Shown here piece by piece: positions 29,126-39,231 of a stretch of 64,000 bases of DNA. A model generated the notes under the pieces. That model was not told where the DNA came from and did not search any database. It saw nothing but the letters and a program-made list of their open reading frames with translations. The position numbers and the translations under genes are program-made. The stretch's first letter is position 1. Every line of letters begins with the position of its first letter. Source of the DNA: an uncultured delta proteobacterium (GTDB lineage: Bacteria; Myxococcota_A; Polyangia; Palsa-1104); assembly GCA_963785725.1 (NCBI GenBank), contig CAWAWS010000039.1, positions 723,850-787,849 of the forward strand. The letters are read 5' to 3'.

Positions 29126-30738
29126 AGCTCGGACGCTCTTACAAGCAACACGGCATCCCCGATCCCGGCGCCGGCGGCTGGTACGCCATCGTCATCGGCT
29201 CGGGCATGGGCGGCCTCGCGTGCGCGGCGATGCTCGCGCGCCACGCCCGTCAGCGCGTCCTCGTGCTCGAGCGTCATTACACCGCCGGCGGCTTCACGCA
29301 CATGTTCCATCGCCCCGGCTACGAGTGGGACGTGGGCGTCCATTACATCGGCGAGGTGCATCGCCCCGGCTCGTTGCTGCGGCGCGTGTTCGATCACCTC
29401 AGCGACGGCGCGCTCGCCTGGGAAGATCTGGGCGAGGTCTACGATCAGATCATCATCGGCAACGACAGCTACGACTTCGTGCGCGGCCGCGAGGGCTTCC
29501 GCGCCGCCCTGAAGGCGCACTTCCCCGCGCAGCGCGACGCCATCGATCGCTATATCGATCTGGTGCGCGCCGCCGTCCGCTCGAGCCAGCGGTTCTTCGT
29601 CGAGAAGGCGCTGCCGCCGACGCTGGCACGCTTCGTCGGCGGCTACCTGCGCGGCGCGGCCGAGCCGTTTGCGCGCGCCACGGTGCGCGACGTGCTCACG
29701 CAGCTGACGCCCGACGCGCGGCTGCGCGGCGTGCTGGCCGGGCAGTGGGGCGACTACGGCCTGCCGCCGGCGCAGGCGAGCTTCTTCATGCACGCGCTGC
29801 TCGTGGGCCACTACTTCAACGGCGGCGCCTATCCGGTCGGTGGCTCGACGCAGATCGCGGCCACGATCTTGCCCGGCATCGAGCGGGCGGGCGGCGCCGT
29901 GGTCACGTCGGCCGAGGTCGCGCGCGTGCTCATCGAGCGCGGGCGCGCCGTCGGCGTGCGGCTCGCGTCGGGCGAGGAGATCCGCGCGCGCCGTGTGATC
30001 AGCGACGCCGGCCGCGCGCTCACGTTCGGCCGCCTGCTCGCGCCCGAAGAGGCGCGCGCGGCCGGTCAGCCGCCGACGCTGCTCGGCGTGGCGCCGTCGG
30101 GCGGCCATCTGTCGCTCTACGTCGGGCTGAAGCAGAGCGCGGCGGCGCTGGGGCTGAAGCGGCCGAACCAGTGGGTCTATCCCGATCACGATCACGACCT
30201 CAACGTCGCGCGCTACCTCGCCGATCCGGAGGCGCCGCTGCCGGTCGCCTACCTCTCGTTCCCGTCGGCCAAAGATCCCGACTTCGAGCGGCGCCATCCC
30301 GGTCGCGCCACCATCGACGTCATCGGCCTCGTTCCCTGGCAGCGGTTCGCGCAGTGGGATGGCTCGTCGTGGAAGCGGCGCGGCGCCGACTACGAGTCGC
30401 TGAAGGCGCAGCTGTCGACGCGGCTGATGGACGCGCTCCTGTCGCGCTGCCCGCAGATCGCCGGCCACGTCGACCACGCGGAGCTGTCCACGCCGCTGTC
30501 CACCAAGCACTTCTCGGGACATCCCGAGGGCGAGCTTTACGGGCTGGCGCACTCGCCGGCGCGCTTCGCCACGCGACAGCTGCGCGTCCACACCGGCGTC
30601 AAGGGCCTCTACCTCACGGGCGCCGACGTGTGCACCGCCGGCGTCGGCGGCGCGCTGATGGGCGGCCTCATCACCGCCAGCACCGTCGCCAAGCGCAACA
30701 TGGTGGGCGCGGTGCTGGCGCGGACCAACGCCGCTTGA
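29122..30738 (+). CDS. phytoene desaturase/retinol saturase-like FAD-dependent oxidoreductase
   Basis: IVIGSGMGGL, LERHYTAGG, WDVGVHYIG, YPVGGS, STPLS, GLYLTGAD. ATGA-coupled to tetR. Confidence 0.9.
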   Translation: MKLGRSYKQHGIPDPGAGGWYAIVIGSGMGGLACAAMLARHARQRVLVLERHYTAGGFTHMFHRPGYEWDVGVHYIGEVHRPGSLLRRVFDHLSDGALAWEDLGEVYDQIIIGNDSYDFVRGREGFRAALKAHFPAQRDAIDRYIDLVRAAVRSSQRFFVEKALPPTLARFVGGYLRGAAEPFARATVRDVLTQLTPDARLRGVLAGQWGDYGLPPAQASFFMHALLVGHYFNGGAYPVGGSTQIAATILPGIERAGGAVVTSAEVARVLIERGRAVGVRLASGEEIRARRVISDAGRALTFGRLLAPEEARAAGQPPTLLGVAPSGGHLSLYVGLKQSAAALGLKRPNQWVYPDHDHDLNVARYLADPEAPLPVAYLSFPSAKDPDFERRHPGRATIDVIGLVPWQRFAQWDGSSWKRRGADYESLKAQLSTRLMDALLSRCPQIAGHVDHAELSTPLSTKHFSGHPEGELYGLAHSPARFATRQLRVHTGVKGLYLTGADVCTAGVGGALMGGLITASTVAKRNMVGAVLARTNAA

Positions 30739-30794
30739 TCGTGCGAGCATGACGGCAAACGACCGGCTTACGAAACCTGCGGCGAGGCATCCAC

Positions 30795-31598
30795 ATGAGT
30801 GAACGAGTACGCGTCAGCAGCGAAGGCAACCTGGCCTATCTGACCCTCACGCGACCCGACAAGCACAACGGCATGGACGGCGAGATGCTGGCGGCGGTGG
30901 TGGCGGCGCAGGCCGACATCCGCAAGCTGCGCGACGTGCGCGCGCTCGTCATCCACGGCGACGGACCGTCGTTCTGCGCCGGGCTCGACTTCAAGAGCGT
31001 GCTCGCCGACAAGCTCACCTTCACGCGCATGTACATGGAGCTCTGGACGGGGCGCAAGAACCTGTTTCAGAAGTGGAGCATGGGCTTTCGCGACCTCGGC
31101 ATTCCGGTGATCGCCGCCGTGCACGGCAACTGCTTCGGCGCCGGCATTCAGCTCGCGCTCGGCGCCGACATCCGCGTGGCCACGCCCGACGCGCAGATCT
31201 CGGTCATGGAGTCGAAGTGGGGCCTCATCCCCGATATGGGCGGCATCACGCTCTTGCGCGAGCTGGTGCGCATCGACGTCGCCAAGGAGCTGGCCATGAC
31301 CGGACGCGTCTTGAGCGGCACCGAGGCGCACGCGCTCGGCCTGGTCACACACGTCAGCGCCGATCCGATGGCGCACGCGCGGGCGCTGGCGGCCGAGATC
31401 GTGGCGCGCTCGCCCGACGCCGTGGCCGCCGCCAAGCTGGCGCTGCAAGAGGCGTGGCTCGGCAGCGAGGACGACGCGCTGAGCTCGGAGCGACGCTGGC
31501 AGCGGCGCCTCATCGGCTTCAAGAACCAGCGCATCGCCGTCAAGCGCAACCAGAAGAAGCAGGATCTTCCTTACGTGTCGCGCCGGCTCGGCGACTGA
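30795..31598 (+). CDS. enoyl-CoA hydratase/isomerase (crotonase) family
   Basis: SFCAGLD, PVIAAVHGNCFGAGIQLALGADIR, ESKWGLIPDMGG. Confidence 0.95.
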   Translation: MSERVRVSSEGNLAYLTLTRPDKHNGMDGEMLAAVVAAQADIRKLRDVRALVIHGDGPSFCAGLDFKSVLADKLTFTRMYMELWTGRKNLFQKWSMGFRDLGIPVIAAVHGNCFGAGIQLALGADIRVATPDAQISVMESKWGLIPDMGGITLLRELVRIDVAKELAMTGRVLSGTEAHALGLVTHVSADPMAHARALAAEIVARSPDAVAAAKLALQEAWLGSEDDALSSERRWQRRLIGFKNQRIAVKRNQKKQDLPYVSRRLGD

Positions 31599-31695
31599 CG
31601 CTCGGCGCCGTCGCGGCGGCGCGGCTGTCCGCGCATTTCGGTAACAAGATCTTTCCCAGCCGCGGCGCCGCCGTCGTGTCCTGCGCCGACTGGCT

Positions 31696-32943
31696 CTAAT
31701 CCCGCCGCGACCAGCGCACGAAGACGACGCCGCCGAGCGCGCAGGCGACACCGCCGACGACGAGCGGAAGCCGCGGGTCGAAGGCGGTCGCGGCCCAGCC
31801 GGCGAGGATCGAGCCCAGCGGCGAGAAGCCCATCAGGATCATGACCCAGATCGCCATGACCCGACCGCGTAGGGCGTCGGGCGTCAGCGCTTGCAAGAGG
31901 GCGTTGGTGGCCGTGACGTGCACGAGCGTCGCCGCCCCCAGCGGCAGCGCGAGCGCGATCGAGAGCCACGGCGTGTGGCACAGCGCGAAGACGGCGAGCG
32001 TCACGCCGTTGATGGCGCAGGCGCCGCCGATCGCGACGTAGGTCTCGCGCGCGCCCCGGCTCTCGCGTCCGCCGAGCGCGCCTCGCTGCGCCGCGAAGAC
32101 GAGCCCTGCGACGAGCGCGCCGACGCCCTGCGCGCCCATGAGCCAGCCGAGCGTCTCGGCGTCGCCGTGCAGGATCGTCGCAGCGAAGACGGGCATCAGC
32201 GTCGCGGCCGGGAGGCTCATCGCGGCGACGAGCGCCAGCAGCGACAAGAGGGCGCGCACGCGCGGCTCGCCGGCCACGAACCGAAAGCCTTCGAGGAGGC
32301 GCGCGCGCATCGACTCTCGCGGCCGGCTGGCCGTCGGGGCGGGCAGGTCGCGCATGGCGAGCAGGCCGGCGATGACGGCCAGGAAGCTCACGCCGTTGAC
32401 GAGGAAGCACCAGCCTTCGCCGAGCGCCTTGATGGCCAGCCCAGCGATCGCCGGGCCGATGACGGCGGCGCCCGTCACCATCGACGAGTTGAGGCCGACG
32501 GCGCTGGCCAGGCTCTCGCGCCCGACCAGCTCGATGACGAACGATTGCCGCGTCGGGCTGTCGACGGCGTTGATGACGCCGAGCAGCGTCGCCAGCAGGA
32601 GGACGTGGGCGACCTCGACGCTTCCGCTCAGCGTGAGGGCGGCGAGCGCGAACGCCAGCGCCATCGCCGCCGACTGAGTGACGAGGAGGATGCTGCGTCG
32701 CCGATGGCGATCGGCGATCAAGCCGCCGAACGTGGCGAGAAAAAAGACCGGCGCTTGCTGGCAAAACGTCGCCACGCCGAGCCACAGCGCCGAGCCGGTG
32801 AGCCGGTAGACGAGCCAGGTCTGCGCCACCGACTGCGTCCAGGTGCCGAGGAGCGAGACGAGCTGGCCGGCGACGAACAGCCGATAATTTCGGCGCTCGA
32901 GCGCGCGCGACACGCCCGCCCATCTGCTGGTGGCTTCGTCCAT
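31696..32943 (-). CDS. MFS transporter (DUF894/H+ antiporter-like)
   Basis: RNYRLFVAGQLVSLLGTWTQ, GGLIADRHRRR, PDALRGRVM; about 12 TM segments; start uncertain. Confidence 0.9.
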   Translation of the reverse strand: MDEATSRWAGVSRALERRNYRLFVAGQLVSLLGTWTQSVAQTWLVYRLTGSALWLGVATFCQQAPVFFLATFGGLIADRHRRRSILLVTQSAAMALAFALAALTLSGSVEVAHVLLLATLLGVINAVDSPTRQSFVIELVGRESLASAVGLNSSMVTGAAVIGPAIAGLAIKALGEGWCFLVNGVSFLAVIAGLLAMRDLPAPTASRPRESMRARLLEGFRFVAGEPRVRALLSLLALVAAMSLPAATLMPVFAATILHGDAETLGWLMGAQGVGALVAGLVFAAQRGALGGRESRGARETYVAIGGACAINGVTLAVFALCHTPWLSIALALPLGAATLVHVTATNALLQALTPDALRGRVMAIWVMILMGFSPLGSILAGWAATAFDPRLPLVVGGVACALGGVVFVRWSRRD

Positions 32944-33181
32944 CTGCGCGGGCGCCGCAGCTACCTCTCGCGCGCCCCATGACAAACGTCAAGCACGAGC
33001 TGTCGGCCTGGTCGCGTTTGGCCGAAGCGCGCACCGCAGCGGAGGACCCGCAGGCTCACCGGCGGGCCAGGCCTCCGGGTTGGCGCATCACCGCGCCCGA
33101 TCACGCGCGTCGTCGCCGGCTCGAGTCTCGCCGCCGCGATCGCGACAAGCCCGCGACGCCGTCGTCCGCGCGTCGTCTCGC

Positions 33182-34193
33182 CTAGCTTCGGAACACGAGC
33201 AGCGGCTTGCCGCCATGCGCCGGCGCTTCGGCGAGCGCGATGGCATCGGCGAACTGCTCGACCGCGATCGGCTGCCCTTCGGGGACGTCGAGCGTGCCAC
33301 CGGCGACGAGATCGAAGGTCCGCTTGAGCGCCGCCTCGATCTGGTCCTGCGGCGTCGTCGCGAACCAGTGATAGAGCCAAAAGCCGCGAACGGTCTTGGT
33401 CTCGTAGATCAAGGACCGGGCGAACAGCGGGATCGTCAGCTTGTCGGCGTCGACCTGGCGATGCGTGGCCAGCGCGCCGTAGACGATCATCTCGCCGTCG
33501 GCGGTCAGCGAGCGGAACACATCGGCGCCCACCTGGCCGCTGACGGCGTCGATGGCCTTGGAAACGCCCTCCTTGCCGGTCAGCGCCGCCACGCGTTGGC
33601 GCAGATCCTCGTCCTCGGTGCAGATCACCGCCGTGCCGCCCAGCGCCAAGATCTCGGCGACCGCGGCACGACGGCGAACCACATTGAGCGTCTTGAAGCC
33701 GAAGTGGGAGCCGAGCTGAATGACCAGCTTTCCGACGGTCGAGCCGGCTGCCGTCTGCAACAGCCACTCGCCCGCGCGAACATCGAGCTCGTCCTTGACC
33801 AGGATGAGCGCGGTGAGCGGATTACTGACCAGCTGGGCGGCCGTCGATACGCTCATGGCCTCGGGCACGGCGAGCACGCGCGCGGCGTCCGCGATGATGT
33901 ATTCCTGCCACGTGCCGGTCACCCCGAGCGTGATCACGCGCTGCCCCAAGGCCACGCCCTGAACGTCGCTCGCCGACTGCGTCGACCACGCCGACGGACT
34001 CCAGCCCGAGCACCGTTGGCAAGGTCGGCGCGAAGCCGTATCGACCGCGCAGGATGTGCAGATCGCTGGCGTGGACCGGCGCGGCCTCCACGCGCAGCCG
34101 GACTTGGCCTCGACCGGGCTGCGGCGTTGGCCGCGTCTCCAAATGCAGCACCTCGACCGGTTCGCCGACCGCATGGGCAACGAGCGCTTGCAT
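33182..34193 (-). pseudogene. MDR-family (2-enoyl thioester reductase/quinone oxidoreductase-like) gene with one frameshift near 33970
   Basis: N-terminal ORF 33822-34193 (APVHASDL...LGLESVGVVDAVG) continues in the frame of 33182-34294 (DVQGVALGQRV...NPLTA...QTAAGSTVG). May be a sequencing indel. Confidence 0.8.
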
Positions 34194-34428
34194 GGTTGCA
34201 TCTCCTCCATCTGGCGCCGAGCGTTCCGATTGCCTTGGTCACGCCAGCGCGGGCTGATCGTCTCGTGCCTTTCGATCATGCAAGAAGCGCGCATCGCGCA
34301 GCTCGCAGCAGCCGCGACCAGTCGTCGTCGGTTCTCGATTCTTGGTCATCGCAAGAGATCGAGGCGTCCTCGCGTTAGAAGACGCGCCTGACCGCGGCTC
34401 GGTCACGACCTGCGCGATAGCTCGCGGC

Positions 34429-35010
34429 TTAGGACGCGTAGCCCGACAGGCAGTATTCGGACGCCTGCGCGCCGCAGGGCATCGTCACGCCGTCGACCTT
34501 GACGCGGTGGAAGCGCGTCTCGCCTTGCAGCGTGCCGTGCGCGGTCTCCACCTGCCAGCGGGTGGCGAAGCCGGGCAGCTGCCGCGCGTGCTGCTCGTCG
34601 GGCGACAGCGCGTAGTACAGCTGGATGGTGCGCGCGCTGCCGACCGGCACCGCGATGATCGGCCCGTTGGAGCCGAGCGCGCTCACCGTGAGCGCCGGCG
34701 CGCGCTCATCGCCGTCCGGCAGCACGATCGTCGTCTTGCGCGTGTCGACGAGCCAGGGAAGTATTCCGTCGTTCGCCACCGTCAGCGAGACTTGCAGCGC
34801 CTTGCCAGGCTGGTTGGCTTCCGCCGGGAGCGCGGTGATGCCCGACGAGCGCACGACCACCTGGCCGCGTGGCGCCTGGGCGGGAACGCGATAAGCAGCG
34901 ACCTGCGGGTTGGCCGTGGTCGCAGCGGCCGACCGATAGGCGTAGTCCGAGCAGCCAATTGTCGCCAGCGCGCCGAACGTGAGGGTGATGTGTACCAATG
35001 CTCGCCACAT
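34429..35010 (-). CDS. hypothetical lipoprotein
   Basis: Lipobox ATIGC and a beta-rich domain. sigma54-like tGGtcacgcgattGCa at 35037-35052 on the minus strand. Confidence 0.7.
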   Translation of the reverse strand: MWRALVHITLTFGALATIGCSDYAYRSAAATTANPQVAAYRVPAQAPRGQVVVRSSGITALPAEANQPGKALQVSLTVANDGILPWLVDTRKTTIVLPDGDERAPALTVSALGSNGPIIAVPVGSARTIQLYYALSPDEQHARQLPGFATRWQVETAHGTLQGETRFHRVKVDGVTMPCGAQASEYCLSGYAS

Positions 35011-35203
35011 GATCAGCCCCTTTCGCCTAGATCATATGCAATCGCGTGACCAAAACGTTGCTGCGTTGTTGCAAAGCAACGCGCTTTCGCGGACGGCGCA
35101 AACCGATCGCCCGCCCGTTCATGTCAGCGACGGCAGAGCGGCCGCCGGCGCCACGAATGTCCGAGGCCTTGCTCGCTGAACGTCTTTACGTCTGTTGCGA
35201 CGG

Positions 35204-36205
35204 CTAAGGGACGCGCGGCGACTGGGCGCTGACCACTTGTCGCAGCGGCGCCACCAGACCGCTTTGGCTGCCGTAGTCGCCGAAGCTGGCCACCAGCTCC
35301 TTGGCCTGCTGGACCGCGTCGGCGTGGGAATCGACGTCGCCGAGCGTGATGCGCGCATTACCGCCGAGAAGCTTGCTTTCGACGACGGGCGCCGAGGCGA
35401 CGAAGTCGTCGATGATGATCGCCAGCTTGTGGCCGGTGACGCGCTCGCTGACGTCAGCCAGCCGCTGGGCGCCGTCTTTGTCGAAGTGCACGCTCAGCTC
35501 GATCCGTCCGTCGCCGTCCACCGCCTCGACATCCGCGATCTGCGCCGCGCTCAGCTCCACGGTCCGAAAGACGTAATAGCTGCGCAGACCGCCACCCTGC
35601 ACGCGGGGGCGCGCGCCGATGACGAGCTCATGCTCGTCGTCGGGCCGCAGCGTCGCCAGCGCCGCCTCGAGCGGTTGGCGATCGGTCGCCCACAGATAAT
35701 CGTCGTGGTGCGGCAGTCCGCTGTCTCTCTCGGTCCACAGATCTTCGCCGGCGGCCACGCCCGGCTGCGGATGCCGGCCCAGCTCGACGCCGACGTACGC
35801 CATGAATCGCGTGCCGTCATCGACCACTTTGATGTCGAGGCGGCCGGGGCGTTGCAGCGCGGTCAGGATGCGCGGCAAGCCGGCCGCGGTCGTCGCCACG
35901 CGCACTCTCAGCTGCGCGCCCAACGTGTCGACGGTGGTTACTAACCCGAGATCGCGCAGGCGCTGCCGCACCGTCTCGGCGTCGCGTCGCACCAGCTCCG
36001 CCTCGGTCAGCCCCGCCTGATAGGGGTGCGCGACATCGACCTGGAAGGTGAGCTCGACCTCGGGCGCGTTGCGCAGCAGCTGGAAGGCGCGAGCACGCAC
36101 GTCGAAGCGCACCGCCAGAAACAGCAGCGTCGGGAAGATCAGCGCCATCGCCAGCCACAGCGGCCACAGCCGGCGCAGGTCGCTTCGCTTCTCGGGGGAC
36201 GACAT
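35204..36205 (-). CDS. membrane-anchored SecD P1/head-domain-like protein without the SecD TM core
   Basis: Single N-terminal TM; VRQRLRDLG, FDKDGAQRLADVSERVTGHKLAIIIDD..SAPVV..L.GGNARIT. Confidence 0.75.
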   Translation of the reverse strand: MSSPEKRSDLRRLWPLWLAMALIFPTLLFLAVRFDVRARAFQLLRNAPEVELTFQVDVAHPYQAGLTEAELVRRDAETVRQRLRDLGLVTTVDTLGAQLRVRVATTAAGLPRILTALQRPGRLDIKVVDDGTRFMAYVGVELGRHPQPGVAAGEDLWTERDSGLPHHDDYLWATDRQPLEAALATLRPDDEHELVIGARPRVQGGGLRSYYVFRTVELSAAQIADVEAVDGDGRIELSVHFDKDGAQRLADVSERVTGHKLAIIIDDFVASAPVVESKLLGGNARITLGDVDSHADAVQQAKELVASFGDYGSQSGLVAPLRQVVSAQSPRVP

Positions 36206-36263
36206 GGCGGCAACCTAACACGCGACGCCGCCGCGCCTTGGTGACGCGCGTGGCGGCGTGTTC

Positions 36264-36875
36264 CTACTGCGGGAGCCTGGCCTTTCCGTTGGCCATGGCC
36301 CGCGCGGCCGGCGCCCACTCCGACGTCGGCGCCAGCTCGACGAAGCGCTTGGCGTGTGGCCGCGCCTTCTGCGCGACGCCGGCGCGGTCCCACGCCAGCG
36401 CCGCTCCCCAATGCGCGTCGGCGTTGCGCTCGACGATCGCCAGCGCCTTCTCGTAGAGCTCCGCCGCTTCGCGATACCTCGCCTGGGTCATGGCCACCGA
36501 ACCGAGCCCGACGAACGCGGAGCTCGACTTCGGGTCGAGCTTCAGCGCCTCTTCGTACAGCTTGCGCGCCCCCGCGAGGTCGCCGACGCCGAACGCGCAG
36601 GCGGCGCGGCCGATTCGGCTGGCCGGGCTGTTGGGCTCGACCTTCTCCGCCTTCTGGTACAGCGCGAGGGCCCCGGCGAAGTCATGCTTGGCGAGGTGCT
36701 GCAAGGCCTCCTCGTAGAGCGCCTTGACCACCGTCGAATTTTCATTGTTGACCGCGGTGTAACCGAGGTTGTCGCCGACCCCGATCACGGTCTCGGGGCT
36801 GCGGCCGCCCGATTGCGCGTGGGCCGTCGAGGCGAGGAGGAGAACGGCAGCGGCGACGATCGTGGAACCCGACAT
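36264..36875 (-). CDS. secreted TPR protein
   Basis: Signal peptide and several TPR repeats (YEEALKLDPKSSSAFVGLG). Confidence 0.85.
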   Translation of the reverse strand: MSGSTIVAAAVLLLASTAHAQSGGRSPETVIGVGDNLGYTAVNNENSTVVKALYEEALQHLAKHDFAGALALYQKAEKVEPNSPASRIGRAACAFGVGDLAGARKLYEEALKLDPKSSSAFVGLGSVAMTQARYREAAELYEKALAIVERNADAHWGAALAWDRAGVAQKARPHAKRFVELAPTSEWAPAARAMANGKARLPQ

Positions 36876-37018
36876 GTCTCGGATGATATCGCATGGCGGT
36901 CGAAGGGCTGAATGGGATTCAGTCGGCCGCGTCGCCGCAGCCGCCGGCGGCGATGTCCGCTCACCAGACCGCCTAGCGGAGAAGATGAAAGCGCGTCACG
37001 TCGAAGGCTCCCGCGTCC

Positions 37019-38086
37019 TCATGACTTCGCCTGCGCGTCGATGTGCACCAGCAGATCCTTCCACGCGTCGTCGAACGACTTGGCGCCGTCGCTCTGCAGC
37101 TTGTCGGCGAGCGCGCCGACGTCGAGGCCGGCCGCCGCGTACTCGGCCAGCACCGCATCGCAATCGCCACCATCGGCCGGCATCTCCTCGCCGATCTCGC
37201 CGTGCTCGTAGAGCGCCACCAGCGTCTTGTCGGGCATGGTGTCGACGGTGAACGGGGCCGCGAGGCCGTGCACATAAAAGGTGTCGGGCTCGTTCGGATC
37301 TTTGGTGCTCGTGCTCGCCCACAACAGGCGCTGCATGCGCGCGCCGCTGTTCTGCAGGCGCTGCCAGCGCTCGCCGTCCATGAGCTGCCGATAGGCGCGA
37401 TAGATGCTGCGTCCGACCGCCAGCGCCAGCCGATCTTTGAGCGGCGCCGCCACGCGCGGGTTGGCCGCTTTGTCCCAGCGCGACATGAACACCGACGCCA
37501 CCGAGCCGACGCGCGGGCTCAGCCCGGCCTCGATGCGCCGCTCGATGCCGCGCAAGTAGGCCTCGGCTGCGCCGCGATATTGCTCGGTCGAGAAGAGCAG
37601 CGTCACGTTGACCGGTACGCCGGCGGCGATGCACTCCTCGATGGCCACGCGTCCTTCGACGGTGCCGGGGATCTTGACGAACAGGTTGGGCCGCGCGGCG
37701 CGCTCGTGCAGCTTCTTGGCCGCGGCGATGGTGCTCTTGGCGTCGTACGCCAGAAGTGGCGAGACCTCGAGCGACACCCAGCCGTCGACGCCGTCGGTGC
37801 GCTCGTGGATGGGCAGAAACAGATCGGCGGCGCGCCGCAGATCCTCGATCGCCAGGTCGAAGAACAGCTCCTCGCCGGTGAGGCCGCGCGCGGCCTTGTC
37901 GCGAATCGCCGCGTCGTAGTCACCCGACGCGATCGCCTTGTCGAAGATGGAGGGGTTCGAGGTCAGCCCCGTCACCGCGTACTGCTCGACGTAACGTGCG
38001 ATCTGTCCCGAGTCGAGCATCCTGCGCGTAATGTTGTCGAGCCAAAGACTTTGTCCCTCGCCATGCAGCCGCTCCGTCGCTCTCAT
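37019..38086 (-). CDS. tal: transaldolase (long type)
   Basis: GQSLWLDN, GLTSNPSIF, VSLEVSP, FVKIPGT, NVTLLFS, RLLWASTSTK; GGAGG RBS. Confidence 0.95.
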   Translation of the reverse strand: MRATERLHGEGQSLWLDNITRRMLDSGQIARYVEQYAVTGLTSNPSIFDKAIASGDYDAAIRDKAARGLTGEELFFDLAIEDLRRAADLFLPIHERTDGVDGWVSLEVSPLLAYDAKSTIAAAKKLHERAARPNLFVKIPGTVEGRVAIEECIAAGVPVNVTLLFSTEQYRGAAEAYLRGIERRIEAGLSPRVGSVASVFMSRWDKAANPRVAAPLKDRLALAVGRSIYRAYRQLMDGERWQRLQNSGARMQRLLWASTSTKDPNEPDTFYVHGLAAPFTVDTMPDKTLVALYEHGEIGEEMPADGGDCDAVLAEYAAAGLDVGALADKLQSDGAKSFDDAWKDLLVHIDAQAKS

Positions 38087-38123
38087 CGCGTCCTCCATCG
38101 CTTGAATGGTCGTTGCCTAACGA

Positions 38124-38139
38124 AGCAACTGGCATGCCT
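38124..38139 (-). promoter_or_regulatory. sigma54-like promoter of tal
   Basis: Minus strand aGGcatgccagttGCt. Confidence 0.55.
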
Positions 38140-38234
38140 TGGCGATGTCGCGCTCGGGCCTAACTTCGATTCTCGAGAGCATCTCGATGAACGTCGCGAA
38201 GGCCAACCGCGACAATGCCGAGCGCTGCCCGACC

Positions 38235-39146
38235 TCAGCCGATCCCCAGGCGCGCTGCCCAGCCGGCGATATAGGTCTTCAGGAACGCCATGAACTCGTC
38301 GGCGCCTTCGGGCAGCGAGCGGCCGCGCTGCGTGACCTGTTGGAACTCCATGTTCACCGTCGGTCCGACGAGCCGGCTCATGACGATCCCGCGATCCTTA
38401 CAGAGCGCCAGGCCGAACGACGGGATCACGGCGACGCCTTCGTCCGCCTCGACGAGCGCGACCTGCGTCTCCAGCAGATTCGCGACACAGCCGACCTCGC
38501 AGCGCACGCGCGACTTGGCCAGCTGCCGATCGATCACCTGCTGATGCGGGCTGGACGCGTCGAGCGCGATGAGCGTCTCGCCCGCGAGCGCCGACCACGG
38601 CACGTCGCTGCCCGTCACGGCGCCGCCGCGGCGCGCGCGGATGAGCGCCAGTGAAAAGCGAAACAGGGGCACGCGACGTAACCCGGGCACGCTCTTGAAG
38701 AGCCCGACGCCGATGTCGAGCTGCCCCGCCTGCAGCTGACGCAGCACCGTGTCCTGATCGGCGTCGCACAGGCGCACGCGCAGCTCGGGCCGATGACGAC
38801 GATATTCGCGCATCGCCTGCGGCAAAACATTGGCGGCGACGAGCGGCGTCGTCCCGAGCGCGACGATCTGACGCTTGCCGCGCGCGCTGCGGCCGACGCG
38901 CGCCATCGCCTCGTCGAGCTCGTCGAGATGGCGGCGCGTCGCGTCGAGCAGGTCGGCGCCGTGACGCGTCAACTGCACCTGCCGGGTCGTGCGATCGAAC
39001 AGGCGATAGCCGAGCTGCCGCTCGAGCTCGCGAATGAGCACGCTCAAGCCCGACGGCGTGATGAACAGCGCCTGCGCCGCGCGCGCGAAGCTGCGATGGT
39101 CGGCCACCAGATGGAAGGCGCGCAGCTGTCGCGAGGTGAATTCCAT
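38235..39146 (-). CDS. LysR-family transcriptional regulator
   Basis: RQLRAFHLVADHRSFARAAQALFITPSGLSVLIRELERQLGYRLFDRTTR. Confidence 0.95.
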   Translation of the reverse strand: MEFTSRQLRAFHLVADHRSFARAAQALFITPSGLSVLIRELERQLGYRLFDRTTRQVQLTRHGADLLDATRRHLDELDEAMARVGRSARGKRQIVALGTTPLVAANVLPQAMREYRRHRPELRVRLCDADQDTVLRQLQAGQLDIGVGLFKSVPGLRRVPLFRFSLALIRARRGGAVTGSDVPWSALAGETLIALDASSPHQQVIDRQLAKSRVRCEVGCVANLLETQVALVEADEGVAVIPSFGLALCKDRGIVMSRLVGPTVNMEFQQVTQRGRSLPEGADEFMAFLKTYIAGWAARLGIG

Positions 39147-39231
39147 TCATGAGTTTCTATCATCAATAGGCGATTATTCGGAACTGGTTGTTGACGACCG
39201 CCGGGACTAGGTTGGTTTCAAGGAGGCGGTC

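Noticed and set aside
24989..30752. Long alternative-frame ORFs (e.g. 24989-27178 +, 28947-30752 +, 29092-30750 -)
   Set aside because: Arg/Ala/Gly-rich shadow ORFs typical of high-GC DNA that overlap well-supported genes.
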